A DNA stretch of 64,000 bases from Octopus vulgaris (GCA_951406725.2 OX597821.1:111476001-111540000), one strand, 5' to 3'. Positions 44,055 through 58,169 are shown, numbered from the stretch's first letter. Numbers and translations: made by a program. The notes: a model not told the origin generated them from the letters alone.

Positions 44055-44362
44055 AGATAAACGCACACGCACACACACTCAGATATACGCACACACACGT
44101 AGAAGGGAATACTTACACACGTAGACACACACCCACATTATGTGAAGCGCTATAGTTTTTTGGTGTGTATTTATATACATGTGTGTGTGTGTGCGTATAT
44201 ATATATGAATATATATAAAAGATAAAGAAAGATATATTCATATGCATACATGTATACATACACACTCAGTACGTATATAATATATATATATATATAAATA
44301 TATATAAAGGATAAAGAAAGATATATTCATATGCATATATGTATACATACACACTCAGCACG

Positions 44363-44413
<51 letters not shown>

Positions 44414-44507
44414 CATATTATACAAACACACATATGTATGTATATATGTATGCCCTTTCATCAAACACATACCACATATCTATCTATCTATATATGTCTG
44501 TATAATT

Positions 44508-44581
<74 letters not shown>

Positions 44582-44604
44582 TATATATATATGTGTGCAT
44601 GTAC

Positions 44605-44880
44605 TCTCTTTTACTTGTTTCAGTCATTTGACTGTGGCTATGCTGGATCACCGCCTTTAGTCGAGAAAATCGACCCAGGACTTATTCTTTGTAAGTCTAG
44701 TACTTATTGTATCGGTCTCTCTTGCCGAACGCCTAAGTTACAGGGACGTAAACACACCAGCATCGGTTGTCAAGCGATGTTGGAGGGACAAACACAGACA
44801 CACAAACATACACACACACACACACATACATACATACATACATACAAACATACATACATACATACACACACACGCGCGCA

Positions 44881-44936
<56 letters not shown>

Positions 44937-45095
44937 TATATATATATATATAGTCATACATATATACGACGGGCTTCTTTCAGTTTCCGTCTACCAAATC
45001 CACTCACAAGGCTTTGGTCGGCCCCAGGCTATAGTAGAAGACACTTGCCCAAGGTGCCAAGCAGTGGGACTGAAACCGGGACCATGTGGTTGGTA
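44605..45095 (-). mobile_element. SINE family B, nearly full length
   Basis: Reverse complement of 52190-52608 with an expanded central microsatellite. Confidence 0.9.
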
Positions 45096-45251
45096 TGTAT
45101 ACATTTTGTATTAAGGCGTATTAATAATTCAATAGGTGTCTCACTTAAGCGTAACAGAATCACTATTTGGCACAAGATGGCTTATCTTTTAGTTTTATAT
45201 ATGCACTCCAATTTACATCTACACGCACACAGACACAAATACACACACATG

Positions 45252-45282
<31 letters not shown>

Positions 45283-45840
45283 TGCGCGCGCATTTATCCG
45301 CGTTGAATTTCTTTTTAATTGATCGAAAAGGAAGTTCTTAGACTTGCATGTGCGTGTCCTCAGATGTTTATACACAACCTTTCACCTACATCCATATATG
45401 CGATCGTACGTATCAGTAAGTATAAGAATATATTGTTTACGCGCACAAACATACATCCACCAGACGACGTGTGTCGTGTCTGAGTGTATGATCGTGTGAT
45501 TTTGGCGTGCGTGACTCCATGTGTGTTCCAATGTATGTATGCGCATTTATGAATATATGTGTGTATATAAAAAGGACATGTTTATATATACATATATAAA
45601 CATTTAGACATGCATCGCTGATTATAAAAACACAAGAAAACTGTACTCAGTACATAAAGTAGAGTTGATTATTATATAACCTCAGAGCTTTTACTGTTTA
45701 TATGAATGTGTGTATCTATGTACGTATGTATATATGTATGTATATATATATATATATATATATGGATGTAAGTATGCATGGTTGTATATACACATATCAT
45801 GCACTCACTTGTATTGGTATATTTATTTATGTGTATGTAT

Positions 45841-45875
<35 letters not shown>

Positions 45876-45890
45876 ATATATGTGTGTATG

Positions 45891-45930
<40 letters not shown>

Positions 45931-45976
45931 TAGATATGTGCTTGTATTTATATGCACATAACATACACATATATAA

Positions 45977-46027
<51 letters not shown>

Positions 46028-46989
46028 TAAATGCCACACACATACAAAATATATATGGTAATGTATGTATGTAAGTGTGTATACGAACGCCAGTGTGTTA
46101 TTTACGTCCACGGGATAAAGAAAACTTTGAAGAATTTAAGGAGGGATGAAAAATAAAATTAAAAAATATTCTAGAAGATAAATTATCTTCCAAAAATAGA
46201 AACTATTTCCAAAATAAGAGAAGATTGTTTTAACCAACTTAAAACCTGATGCAGCTGACATGCATAGCGTCAATCGGCCGGTGTATTTAGGACTCCTTGT
46301 AACTAAACGTTAAGTGTAAACCCCAAATATTAGTCGTTTTATTAAAGCTATGTATAAAACAGGATGTGTGTGAAATATGGCGGCTTTCACGCACAAGATG
46401 GCGGAAAAGCCTATATTTTGATTGATCAGTTTAAGAGCTTATTTCGGAGAGCTGACAGCTTTGTTCTCATTTTCATACAGAAGTAGATTCCCGCAATGGC
46501 AAACTTCTTACCGCCTATGAGTACTTGGTGGGAAGAACAATCCAAGAAAGCTGCTTCGCCAAGTTAATCCACGTAAAGCTCTTAAATTTAAGAATATCTT
46601 TCTATGATTCTTTTAGAAGAGTTAACAAGCAAATTGTTGTCCGTTCAGAGAATGGCTTTTCAGACTATTATTACTAGCTTCGGAAATGGAAATACGCAGC
46701 ATTTTCTGGGGATATTTCGGACCAAGCTAGAAGCCTTAGACAGACAGCAGACACATGTAGCATTCTTAAAGTCTGTTTTTTTCATTTTGCAAAATGGATG
46801 CGGTCAAGGCCTTTGTTGGTCCTTTGAGGTACATGACGTCGAGTGTATTTGAAGATCTTATTGAAAAACACCATGTAGAAAACCACGGGAATAGAAATGG
46901 GTAGGGAGAATTTTCCAGAAAGTTGGAGTTCAGGACAGAAAGGAATTGGTAAAAGAGTGGTGAGAGAAGACAAGGGGAAGAAAAGAGTG

Positions 46990-47310
46990 CATCGTTATAG
47001 ATGCAGCTATATTTGCGGGCATGAATGTATCGGTCCACAGACAGAAGCAGACAAGAAAATATCAGGATTTGGCTAGGGAAATTCAATGAACTGCAGAGAG
47101 TTTCTACAAAAATGATCCCACTTGTTATAGGTGCCCCAGGCACCGCCACCCACAGACTTGGCAGTTTCTTTTTTGAGAATGGTGTAATTCAGAAAGTTCA
47201 GAAATCTGCTCCATTGGGAATAACAAGGATTGTAAGAAAAGGCCTCGATTTCTAAGGTAACTGGTTGAGCCAATATCAGGGACATTGATTGCCAGTGTAA
47301 AACATTTGTG
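46990..47310 (+). mobile_element. R4/Dong-like (RLE) non-LTR retrotransposon 3' end, decayed
   Basis: MIPLVIGAPGT..VQKSAPLGITRIVRKGL, then an (AAC)n tail. Confidence 0.65.
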
Positions 47311-47375
47311 AACAACAACAACATCAACAACAACAACAGCAACATCAACAACAACAACAATAATAATAATAATAA

Positions 47376-47618
47376 TGGTGGTAGTAGTACCAATAATTGT
47401 CAGAGCCCTGGGAACAGTGAGTAAAAATCTTGAGAAGTACATAAAACAAATAGGGGCTGCAATAAGGGTGGAGCACTTGCAGAAAACAGCACTGCTTGGA
47501 ACCGCTCGAATACTCCAGATGGCGCTCGAAAAATAAGGGGTGTTACCATAGTTCACTTGTAGTGAACAGCTGACACCGTAGTACATCATCAGTGTCGGAA
47601 GCTGTGCAAAGACAATAA

Positions 47619-47620
<2 letters not shown>
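47376..47620 (+). mobile_element. R4/Dong-like retrotransposon 3' end
   Basis: VVVPIIVRALGTVSKNLEKYIKQIGAAIRVEHLQKTALLGTARIL; flanked by (AAT)n. Confidence 0.8.
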
Positions 47621-47698
<78 letters not shown>

Positions 47699-48019
47699 TG
47701 ATAATAATAATAATAATAAGCAATAAATTAAATAAATGAAAAGTTGCAGATACGTCATATTTTTTTTTTTAGATATATCTTTATATCAATACATTGGGAT
47801 CATAGCTTAGTTTTGATTGGGACTCCTTTCATTGTAAAGAAACAAACGTCTAGCATGGTTCTAGTGGCAACTAAAAATTGTGCTTTGAACAGAGAGAGAG
47901 AGAGGGGGGGAGAGAGAGGGGGAGAGAGAGAGACAGACTGACAGACAGAGACAGACAGAGGGGAAGAGAGAGAGTGAAGAATGAATTAAAGAGCTGGGAA
48001 ATATATGACATGTCTTGTA

Positions 48020-48414
48020 GCATGCAGAAAGAAAAATGCATGATAATCGACATAGCATGCCCCGGGTGACAACAGGATCAATGTGAAAGAAGAAAAAAAT
48101 AAACAGGGATGACGATTTGAAGTGGGAAATACGAAGGTTGTGGTCAATGAAGAGAGTAGACGTGATACCAATAGTAATTGGTGCGCTTGGAAGTACCAGC
48201 ACTCAACTACCAGCATGGCTGAAAAAGATCGGTGCAAGTGCTAAAGTAGAACACCTACAAAAAACAGCATTGCTTGGAACTGCAAGAATTCTTCTCAGAG
48301 TTTTTGAACCATGACCAGTAAATAAGTGTCACCTTAGTCTGCTGGCTGTGGACAGCTGACACTTTCCATCATACCCAGCAAAATAAGCTGTGAGTTTTAA
48401 TTGAATAATAATAA
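48020..48414 (+). mobile_element. R4/Dong-like retrotransposon 3' end
   Basis: CMIIDIACP..LKWEIRRLWSMKRVDVIPIVIGALG..VEHLQKTALLGTARIL; short (AAT)n tail. Confidence 0.8.
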
Positions 48415-48600
48415 TTTCTTTCTTGATTGCGCACAGAGGGCTAAACATAGAGGGGACAAACAAGGACAGACAAACGGATTAAGTCGATTACATCGACCCC
48501 AGTACGTAACTGGTACTTATTTAATCGACTCCGAAAGGATGAAAGGCAAAGACGACCTCGGCGGAATTTGAACTCAGAACGAAATACCGCTAAGCATTTC
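48415..48600 (-). mobile_element. SINE family A, 5'-deleted
   Basis: Reverse-complement match to 3390-3553. Confidence 0.85.
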
Positions 48601-48616
48601 TGCTAGCTAACCCCCT

Positions 48617-48629
48617 TAATAATAATAAC

Positions 48630-48688
<59 letters not shown>

Positions 48689-48693
48689 TGATG

Positions 48694-48784
<91 letters not shown>

Positions 48785-48786
48785 TG

Positions 48787-48863
<77 letters not shown>
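48617..48863. repeat. (AAT)n microsatellite
   Basis: Directly visible. Confidence 0.95.
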
Positions 48864-48989
48864 TCTGAACAACTTGCACAGATGATTTGTTTCTAGTGAT
48901 CAAATGTTTGCGCTGTACATTAGCTCAACTATGTCCATCAAATGGGCATTACCTAGGGGCGCGGTGAGTTACACGTTGGATGTCGAAAT

Positions 48990-49108
48990 GATCACAGAAC
49001 CACTTGAGGGGCAAGTGTTTTATTCAAAAACACAAAGCACCACCCAACCCGGGAATCGAACTCACGATTTCACGATCATGAGTGCAAAACACTGACTACT
49101 AGGCGACC
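48990..49108 (-). mobile_element. tRNA-derived SINE head (family D/E-like)
   Basis: Minus strand CGCCTAGTAG..GAGTTCGATTCCCGG..TGTGTTTTTGAATAAAACACTT. Confidence 0.6.
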
Positions 49109-49117
49109 CTCTCTCTG

Positions 49118-49188
<71 letters not shown>

Positions 49189-49189
49189 A

Positions 49190-49750
49190 CACGCTTGCAC
49201 CATCGATGCTACCACCACCACCAACACTGCCACCACCACCACTGCCACCACCACCACTGCCACCACATCACTACCACCACCATTTCCACCACCACCTGTA
49301 TATCACCACCATCACCGCCTCTGCCGTCAACACAACCACCACCACCATCACCATCAACATCAGCAGCAGTAGCACCACTACCTCCACCACCACCAACACC
49401 ACCACCACCACCACCACCTGTATATTACCACCACCGCCTCTGCCGTCAACACAACCACCACCACCATCACCATCAACATCAGCAGCAGTGGCACCACTAC
49501 CTCCACCACCACCACTAAAACCACCACCACCACCACCACCACTACCACCACCACCTTCACCAAGACCACCGCCTGCACCATCACCACCATCGCCGCCGCT
49601 GCTATCAACACAACCATCAACAATATCACCATCAACACCAGCAGTAGCACCACCACCACCACCACCACCATCAACACCACAACGATCTTCACCATCACCA
49701 CCACCACGGACGACGACGACGACGACGACAACAACAGCAACAACAACAAC
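49190..49750. repeat. (ACC)n-rich low-complexity tract with a ~119-bp internal duplication
   Basis: CTGCCGTCAACACAACC..CAGCAGCAGT at 49321 and 49440. Confidence 0.85.
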
Positions 49751-50299
49751 TGAACACTAATATCAAGAACAAACCCAAGCAAACCGAGACTGTAATAAAA
49801 AGCCAAGACGAAGAATGCCAAAATGAAGGCGCAACACAAAACAGCCGTAACCACAAAAGAAAGAACAAAAGAGAACAAAAACAAAAATAAAAAGGTCAAC
49901 AACAAAATCCAGCAACAACAACAACAACAACAGCCAAACAGAAAGAGAGAGAGAGAGAGAGTGGGGGGGAGGAGATCTTTACTTCTAAACGTCGCTGTTG
50001 TGCGAAGAAACAACTCTGGTTTGATGAAGGAAATAAGCAGAAAAAAGCGTAACAGTACAAACGGCAAAATCTTCAAAGAATTTAGGCCCAAAACACCCCC
50101 CTCCACAAAATTTCTTGTACATACAGACAGGCAGACAGATCGAGATACCTTCAAGGCATTTCAATAAAAAAATTCCCACGCAACGTGGGAAGATTGTTAG
50201 ATAAATGGAAATTTAAAAAAAAAAAAACAAGAAAAAAGGAAACTTCTAGAGAGGTTATTCAAGGAACTTTTCTAAGATCTTCGCACGAAGATCTTTCTG

Positions 50300-50742
50300 G
50301 CACACTGGGCAAGTGTCTTCTACTAAAGCCTCTGGCTGACCATTGCCTTGCGAATGTGAATGGATTTCTTAAACGGAAACTGAAAGAAGCTCGTCGCGTG
50401 TGTGCGCGCGTGTGTGTATGGCGACCGATGCTGGTGTGTTAATGTCTTCTTAACTTGGCAGTTCGGCAAAGAATACCGATAGAGTAAGTAACTGGCTCAC
50501 AAGGAATAAGTCATGGGCGGCGAGCAGGCAGAAACGTTAGCACGCCGGGCGAAATGCTTAGCAGTATTTCATTTGTCTTTACGTTCTGAGTTTAAATTCC
50601 ACCCAGGTTGACTTTCATCCTTTCGGGGTCGATAAATTAAGTACCAGTTACGCGCTGGGGTCGATGTAATCGACTTAATCCCTTTGTCTGTCCTTGTTTG
50701 TCCCCTCTCTGTATAGCCCTCGAAGCACATAAGCAATAAATA
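50300..50742 (+). mobile_element. SINE B remnant (50300-50513) followed by SINE A (50516-50742)
   Basis: Matches to both families. Confidence 0.85.
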
Positions 50743-51844
50743 ATAGCATCTCAGAATTAGATAAGTTTTTCTATCCCAAAGGGTTTGTGTACCAAATATT
50801 TACATTATATTATTTATAGCGTTATGTGCTACGATATTCACTCTTCCAAAAAAGAAAGAGAATCATATTGAATTCTCTGAAAAGTTTATGATGTCAAATA
50901 TATGTATACATATCAACAATAATGATAATAAATATTATCATGAAGTGGTATAGCATGACCTTTAATTCTTTATATATATATATATATATATACAGCCTTA
51001 CACAGGCCTACACGTGTTTCAACTGTACCGATTAATAACCGTTGTAAAGCTGTATCTGTATTATAATGGAGAAAACTGCTAATTAATTAGGTATTTCACA
51101 GTCACTAAAAGAAAGCAAATATTAAAGGCTTGACTGTTTGCCATTTTCTTTTTATAAATTCAAGTTCCAAGAAATTTCCTGTAATTTCGATTTCTGAAGT
51201 TTATTTAATATTTGAACTTCAAGTTCTTCACAAATTTAAATATTCGTTGCATTCACTGCGGAATAGATTTTCTAAGCAAGAGTAAATCGTAGCAGGCGAA
51301 ATTTTCCGTTTTCATTTGCAACAGTCTCTCACACACACTCTCTCTCTCTCGCCTCTATTTTCATTAATGATAGTTTAGTATATATTCATTTCAATGTTTT
51401 CATTCCAAGTTTTAATTCACTATTTACAAAACCCACAGTTTATTCTATATACGGAATGTAAAAAATATTTATTGAACGAATGCTATTAGACAAAATAGCT
51501 GTAAAACTTTTAGGCTTATTTTTGATAAAATGAAGATTTTTTAATATACCAGTATAATTTTTAAAAAATTATTAAAAAGCGATTTTATTGGTATGGCTGT
51601 TTGGAACGCTGTAAGACTTACAATAATAACTATATGATCGCTACTATTTCTAGCACGCTAAACGTATAAATTACTGAAAGAAATATTTACTAAGCAAGTG
51701 AGATTTTTTTTTGCCTTTCTGAATTACCTTTTATTATTGAATATTTCAAGTTCACAAATTTCAGTATTCGGTACAAGATAGTTTTAACGAACTTTTATTT
51801 GTATGATTTTTTAAATGCCACGTTTATTTCATTCATTGTTTCCC

Positions 51845-51916
<72 letters not shown>

Positions 51917-52031
51917 TACACACACGCACACACTGTCTCTCTAATGTAAACATATACTGTCTCTGTAATATAAACATACATACACTCCGGGTTTGACTAG
52001 AAGAAAACCACCCAGGAGCCGGTCTTTTTGC

Positions 52032-52065
<34 letters not shown>

Positions 52066-52081
52066 ATATATATATATAGAG

Positions 52082-52189
52082 AGAGCTGGCAGCAAAGTTA
52101 GCACGCCGGGCGAAACGCAAAGCGATATTTCGTTTGTCTTTACGATCCGAGTTCAAATTCCGCCGAGGTTGACTTTACCTTTCATCCTT
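52082..52189 (+). mobile_element. SINE A head truncated by SINE B
   Basis: GAGCTGGCAGCAAAGTTAGCACGCCGG..CCTTTCATCCTT. Confidence 0.8.
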
Positions 52190-52608
52190 AGGCGTAGGAG
52201 CGGCTGTCATGTAAGTAGCTTGCTTACGAACCACATGGTTCCGGGTTCAGTCTTACTGCGTGGCATCTTGGGCAAGTGTCTTCTACTATAGCCTCGGGTC
52301 GACCAAAGCCTTGTCAGTGGATTTGGTAGGCGGAAACTGAAAGAAGCTCGTCGTACATATGTATATATATATATGTATGTGTGTATGTGTGTGTGTGTTT
52401 GTGTGTCTGTGTCTGTCCCCCTAGCATTACTTGACAATCGATGAAGGTGTGTTTACGTCCCCGTAACTTAGCGGTTCGGCAAAAGAGACCGATAGATTAA
52501 GTACTAGTCTCACAAAGATTAAGTCCTGGGGTCGATTTGTTCGACTAAAGGTGGTGCTCCAGCATGGCCGCAGTCAAATGACTGAAACGAGTAAAAGAGT
52601 AAAAAGGG
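52190..52608 (+). mobile_element. SINE family B, full length (tRNA-like head, CORE-like motif, internal microsatellite, LINE-type tail)
   Basis: GGCGTAGGAG..GGGTTCAGTC..CTTGGGCAAGTGTCTT..(TA/TG)n..GGTGCTCCAGCATGGCCGCAGTCAAATGACTGAAAC; about 15 full or partial copies in the window. Confidence 0.9.
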
Positions 52609-52890
52609 AAAGAATATATATTGTAGAAATTGTGTGAAATCATTGGTAGTGTTAAGTATATTTGAAAAAAAAAAAAAGAATGACATCAGTGGCAAGTCTA
52701 ATCAATTGAATTTGTTAATAATATAATTAAATTGACTAGATTGACAAACCAAGCTGTAAAATTATATTATTAAAATATTAAATTGATTAGAACTACCAGT
52801 AAAGTCATTCTTTACTTTTTTTTCAAATATATATGTGCTTGTATATATATGTGTGTATATATATGTATATGTGTATATATACATATACAT

Positions 52891-52974
<84 letters not shown>

Positions 52975-53336
52975 ATAAAAATGGTAAGACAACAAAAGAA
53001 AGAAAGAAAGAGACCTCGATATTATGTAAATAGAGGAATTTATCTGTACAGATATACATATATATACGTTGATATATATGTTTTTTAAAAGATTGAATGT
53101 GAATTCGTCCTTTAATTGGAATAGTTTCAAAAGATTTCTAACGTTGTTTCTTCATATTTTACTTTGAATTTACTGGTGTAAATTGGCGTAGATATGAAAA
53201 TTTATATAAGTATATTAAAAATAAGATTTAACTCATAAAACAAAGTTCAACAAATTCGATCATATTTTATGTAAATGGAGGAGATCAGATGTTAATATGG
53301 ATGATAATTTATTTTACTCATGTAGCTATACAGTCG

Positions 53337-53389
<53 letters not shown>

Positions 53390-53394
<5 letters not shown>

Positions 53395-53591
53395 TTAATC
53401 CAAACATGAAAACACAAAGAGAAAACACAACGCGAGGACGTGGAACAAGTATAGTGTTATTGGACGCTCAGGAAAGGAAAGAAAGGAGAATTTAACGTTT
53501 CGAGTGGAGTTCTTCGTCAGAAACATAGAAAAAGGAAAGGTCCAAGGAAGGGAAGACGGAGAAAGAAAATCGCCAACGATAAACACGTGGT

Positions 53592-53593
<2 letters not shown>
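53390..53593 (-). mobile_element. Family H1 element with intact hammerhead core
   Basis: Minus strand TTT-CTGACGA-A-GAAC-TCC-ACTC-GAAA-CG-TT-AAA at 53491-53523; flanked by (TA)n. Confidence 0.7.
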
Positions 53594-53662
<69 letters not shown>

Positions 53663-53755
53663 GTTCAGCAAAATTTAGATTCAGATGAATATGGTACTTA
53701 AGTCAAAGGCACCAGAATTTTGTATGGTATTATCCATATAAATCCATGGGGTGAT

Positions 53756-53841
53756 TATAATCAAAATAAGCAACAAGTATATCTTAGGTAACATGAAACG
53801 ATTGTACCAAATTACCTAAGATATACTTGTTGCTTATTTTG

Positions 53842-53847
<6 letters not shown>
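53756..53847. repeat. Perfect 36-bp inverted repeat with 20-nt spacer
   Basis: TATAATCAAAATAAGCAACAAGTATATCTTAGGTAA and its reverse complement. Confidence 0.9.
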
Positions 53848-53880
<33 letters not shown>

Positions 53881-53893
53881 ACGAAATGCATAA

Positions 53894-54290
53894 TCTTTAT
53901 ATATAAAAGTCAAGTTGTGTGTCTGTCTCCTACGATTTAGATTCCTAACTACACCCACATTTTGCGGTGCAGTTTAACCAAAACCGGGTATCTTATAGTC
54001 GTGATTCATATCGAGCCCTTCTGGGCATTAGCGCGCGTCTACGATGAGTCTACGATTTAAAAAAAAATCTACCATCATTTTTTTCCATTTTAATGCATTT
54101 TTTTCGCTATTATATAAGGGAAGTAACTCTCTAAAAATGTCTACGATGAGTCAACGATTTAAAAAAAATTTACCATAATTTTTTCCCATTTTTAATGCAT
54201 TTTTTTGCTATTTTTTGGCTATAACTCTCTAAAAATGCTTATATAGTTATTTCCCTTACAAACCCGAGCAACGCCGGGCGATACTGCTAG
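53894..54290 (+). mobile_element. Non-autonomous Helitron
   Basis: A|TCTTTATATATAAAAG..CCCGAGCAACGCCGGG hairpin..CTAG|T; second copy at 58211-58604. Confidence 0.9.
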
Positions 54291-54454
54291 TTATTAATAG
54301 AAATAAAACCAGGAATTTCAGTGTAAACTTATCTAAAGCCATTGGTTATGCGAAAAATTGAATTTCCGGAGTAGAACCCTACCACAAATGGGGATGAGTG
54401 GTATCGTAACAGACTTAGCTTGTAAAGGTTTTCAACAAAAGGAACATTGTTAAA

Positions 54455-54700
54455 TCAGAGTACTGAAGATTCCAAGTTCAATCCCAGTCAGTGATTTGAA
54501 TAAATAATAATAGTAATAACATCAGCAACCCGCCCCATAAAAAAAACCTTAGAAATAAGAACAGAGTATACCATTATTCAAATAAAGGGTTTGGTTCGAA
54601 ATTCCACCAGAACACCTAATGAAGGCCGGAGAGTACATCAGCCGAAACGTTGTGGTAGCAAGAAACAAGATGAGGACACCTATCCGTCAAATGTAAATAA
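54455..54700 (+). mobile_element. SINE-like element with B-box remnant and decayed hammerhead
   Basis: AAGTTCAATCCC near 54475; CAC-CTAATGA-A-GGC..GCC-GAAA-CG-TT-GTG at 54613-54654. Confidence 0.45.
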
Positions 54701-55469
54701 CAAGCTTTCGATTCTCTGACATGTCCAGCCAACTCTTTCTGTCGCACTCTCTTACTTCAGAGACCCCCCCCTATGTCATCGCTCGATCTGCTAGAAAGAG
54801 CAAATAGACTTTCACTCAATTCGCATCCTTCCGTCTTATATCCAAAGTAATATGTACATTAGATAACATATAAACTAAAAGACTGTGTCGGCAAGATCGC
54901 AGTGCTTTTGATCAGAGACCTGGTGGACATCAATGGCACCTTGAGGCTAAACAAAGAATACAACCACATCAGTATGAACCACAAATATAAGAGCAGCAGT
55001 GACGACAATTGTGGCTACCATACCAATTACAGAGAAATGGTTATGTGGTTGGTTATACCCCAGAGTCAGTTGTGGTTAATAGAAAATGTGCCGTTCGTCG
55101 AGAAATTTCGATATTTGGTAGTATTAAAAGACAACAAAGAAAAGGAGGTAGAGAGTAAGTGAGCGGGTGAGAGAGAAAGTGAGACTAACAGAGAGAGACA
55201 GAGAGACAGAGAGGGAGAGGGGGGGAGAGAGAGAGAATCACAGAGAGATGGGAGAGGTGGGCGGTAGGCAGGAGAAATGGAAGAACGGAGAGGAGAAACA
55301 GTGAGTATATAGGCACATGATAATATGAATATAAGTATCTTTGTGTATGTGCGTGTGTGTTGGGGTGCGACTAAAAATATGTGTATATAAATATGCATGC
55401 ATATACATATGTAAAACTATGCATATATACATGTATATAAATCTCTGTATAAATATGTATATCTCTTAT

Positions 55470-55540
<71 letters not shown>

Positions 55541-55549
55541 ATATATATA

Positions 55550-55604
<55 letters not shown>

Positions 55605-55663
55605 GAGTGTATGCATGTATATACATATATATATATATATAAGTGTATGCTTATACATGTATG

Positions 55664-55716
<53 letters not shown>

Positions 55717-55839
55717 GGATGCGGGCACGCTCACTTATGCACAAGCACACATATGTACATATACAGGTATATATGTGTGTGCGTGTGTATGTTTTATGTA
55801 TGTATATCTATCTATTAATCTATATATCTAAATATCTAT

Positions 55840-55914
<75 letters not shown>

Positions 55915-56251
55915 CACAAAATGCGTATGTGTGTATATAGTTGTGAATTTTGAAAAATGACCAAGTTTCTTCAAACTTCCATATTTCGATGGGGTTGAGG
56001 AACTTTTCAAAGAATTTTTTTCCTTATTGGCAATAGCGTTCCTCATGAACGCTGTCTTCGTATTTATTAGTTCAGAACCGCAATAGCTGCCGGGGTTGTG
56101 TGTATGAAGTGGACAATTTGTGCAAGCATAAGCTGCTTCGTAAAGCAAGCTGGTGTTTCCCAAGACATAGAGACGTATATACGTGCGTATGGTTACGCAT
56201 GTTTACAAATATATATATATATGCATATGTACATACATGCAGACAGACACA

Positions 56252-56295
<44 letters not shown>

Positions 56296-56306
56296 TCAGA
56301 ACACAG

Positions 56307-56354
<48 letters not shown>

Positions 56355-56483
56355 TTTTAATTTCTTATATATATATAATTTCTAATATATATATATACAT
56401 CAGAACACCGTTTCATATATATATATATACATATACATATACATATACATAAATACGTATGTACACATACACACACACACACA

Positions 56484-56527
<44 letters not shown>

Positions 56528-56798
56528 TTAAAAAACCGTTATTTGCCGCGTGTACAGCAAAATCTAGAATTAATATTTGTAAGTTCATTCTTAACACGTC
56601 GAAGCAGGTTCCGTTGGAAAATCTGTTGGTCGCTGTGTTATACGTCATAGGGTAGTTATGATCTTTTTACGACGATAGTGTGTTCAACACTCTGTCCTCG
56701 TAAAACGGAGAAATTATATCCCGATTACGTACATTATACCGACCAGCATATTTAACGTCTGAACCTGCCTTGACGTGTTAAGAATAATATATACAATA

Positions 56799-57725
56799 CA
56801 GGATGCGAGGAGTACTTGGGGACAGTTTTGGTACATAATAAAATAGCTATATTTCAGCATTAAAAAAATATGAATTTGAATAAACATCTGTGCAATTAGT
56901 CTTAATAATTATTCTTTAAGGAAATTATTCTATGGAACCACCTTCGGCTTCGATGACTGCTTCACTCTGGGACCGAAACCGTTGGTATGCTGACGCTATA
57001 TGGTCCTTATTCTTTTCGGACATCACCTGGACATTGGTGGCCTTCAGTGAAGCTATGGTATTATGAGGATGACGATTAGTCTCCCTTTCAACAGCGCTCC
57101 ACATGTAGTAGTCCATGGAGTTCAAATCTGGCAAGTTTGGAGGCCACATATTGGGTGTTACATAATCGTAAAGATTCTCTGACAACCATTCTTGGGTGAC
57201 TAGGGCGATGTGGGAAGGTACTGAGTCTTGCTGAAACACGTACGGTTTTCCATTGCATACTTCATCAATCCAGGGCTTGGTAACAGTTTCCAGTACCTCA
57301 GTGTATCCTGCAGCATTAATTCTAAGACCCTGTGGTAAAAAGTGGTAAGGCATCACATGACCTTCACTACTCACCACTCCTAAAACCATTAATGTTACTG
57401 GGAATTTCGTGTGCATCACTCTGGGTACTTCAGAAGGATCTGCGCATAATCACACGTCAGTTCTTCTGTTAGACTTTTGGTCTTGGTCAAAGTTGTTTTC
57501 GTCAGAGAAAAACCAAAGCATATCTTCTTCATGAGGGTTTTTCACTTTGTTAAGTAACCGTTTTGAACGGATGAGACGGTTTCCCTGTGCTTTTGCAGGC
57601 ACGAATTGACCTTTCCTCATTAAATAGGACTTGTATCGAACGTCACGATGTACCACAGATTTGATAGACTACTCTGACACCTGAAGTTCTTTAGCAATGG
57701 ATCCCATTGATTTTCTGGGGTTTTC
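56799..57725 (-). mobile_element. maT/mori (DD37D) transposon, 5' part lost
   Basis: FFSDENNF, VFQQDSVPSH..WPPNLPDLNSMDYY with 37 residues between the second and third Asp; terminus TA-CAGGATGCG. Confidence 0.9.
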
Positions 57726-57910
57726 ATCGATTGCGGTCATGCTGAGGCACCATTTTGAAGGGTTTTGCCGAACACACCGGCCCCTGTACTTGCTTTTTTT
57801 AAAATCTGGCATTTGTTCTATCGTCCTCGTTTGCCGGACCGCTAATTTACAGGGATGTAAACAAATCCTCACCGGTTGCGAGGCAGTAGCTGGGGTGGAA
57901 GACAAACACA
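57725..57910 (-). mobile_element. SINE family B, decayed 3' half
   Basis: TGCGGTCATGCTGAGGCACC..TTGCCGGACCGCTAATTTACAGGGATGTAAAC. Confidence 0.7.
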
Positions 57911-58038
57911 ATGATTCACACGCACACACACACACACACACACGCACACACACACACACGCACACACACTCACACACACACACATATATATATATATACC
58001 ATTTAATGTGCACAGTATAAAAAATAAGCTACTAACGA

Positions 58039-58169
58039 TTTCTAGCCGTGAAGACACGTGTTTAGACAGGCTTTTATAACACGTCTTGTGTCTCCGAGCC
58101 TGAAGATTGCTTGGAGACACAGGGTGTGTTATAAAAGCCTGTCTAAACACGTGTCTCCACAGTTAGAAA
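58039..58169. repeat. Inverted repeat (arms ~61 bp, loop CTGAAGATT)
   Basis: GACACGTGTTTAGACAGGCTTTTATAACAC / GTGTTATAAAAGCCTGTCTAAACACGTGTC. Confidence 0.85.

Noticed and set aside
49206-49760. Proline-rich extensin/formin-like ORF
   Set aside because: An (ACC)n low-complexity tract open in several frames and starting next to (CA)n; no flanking domain
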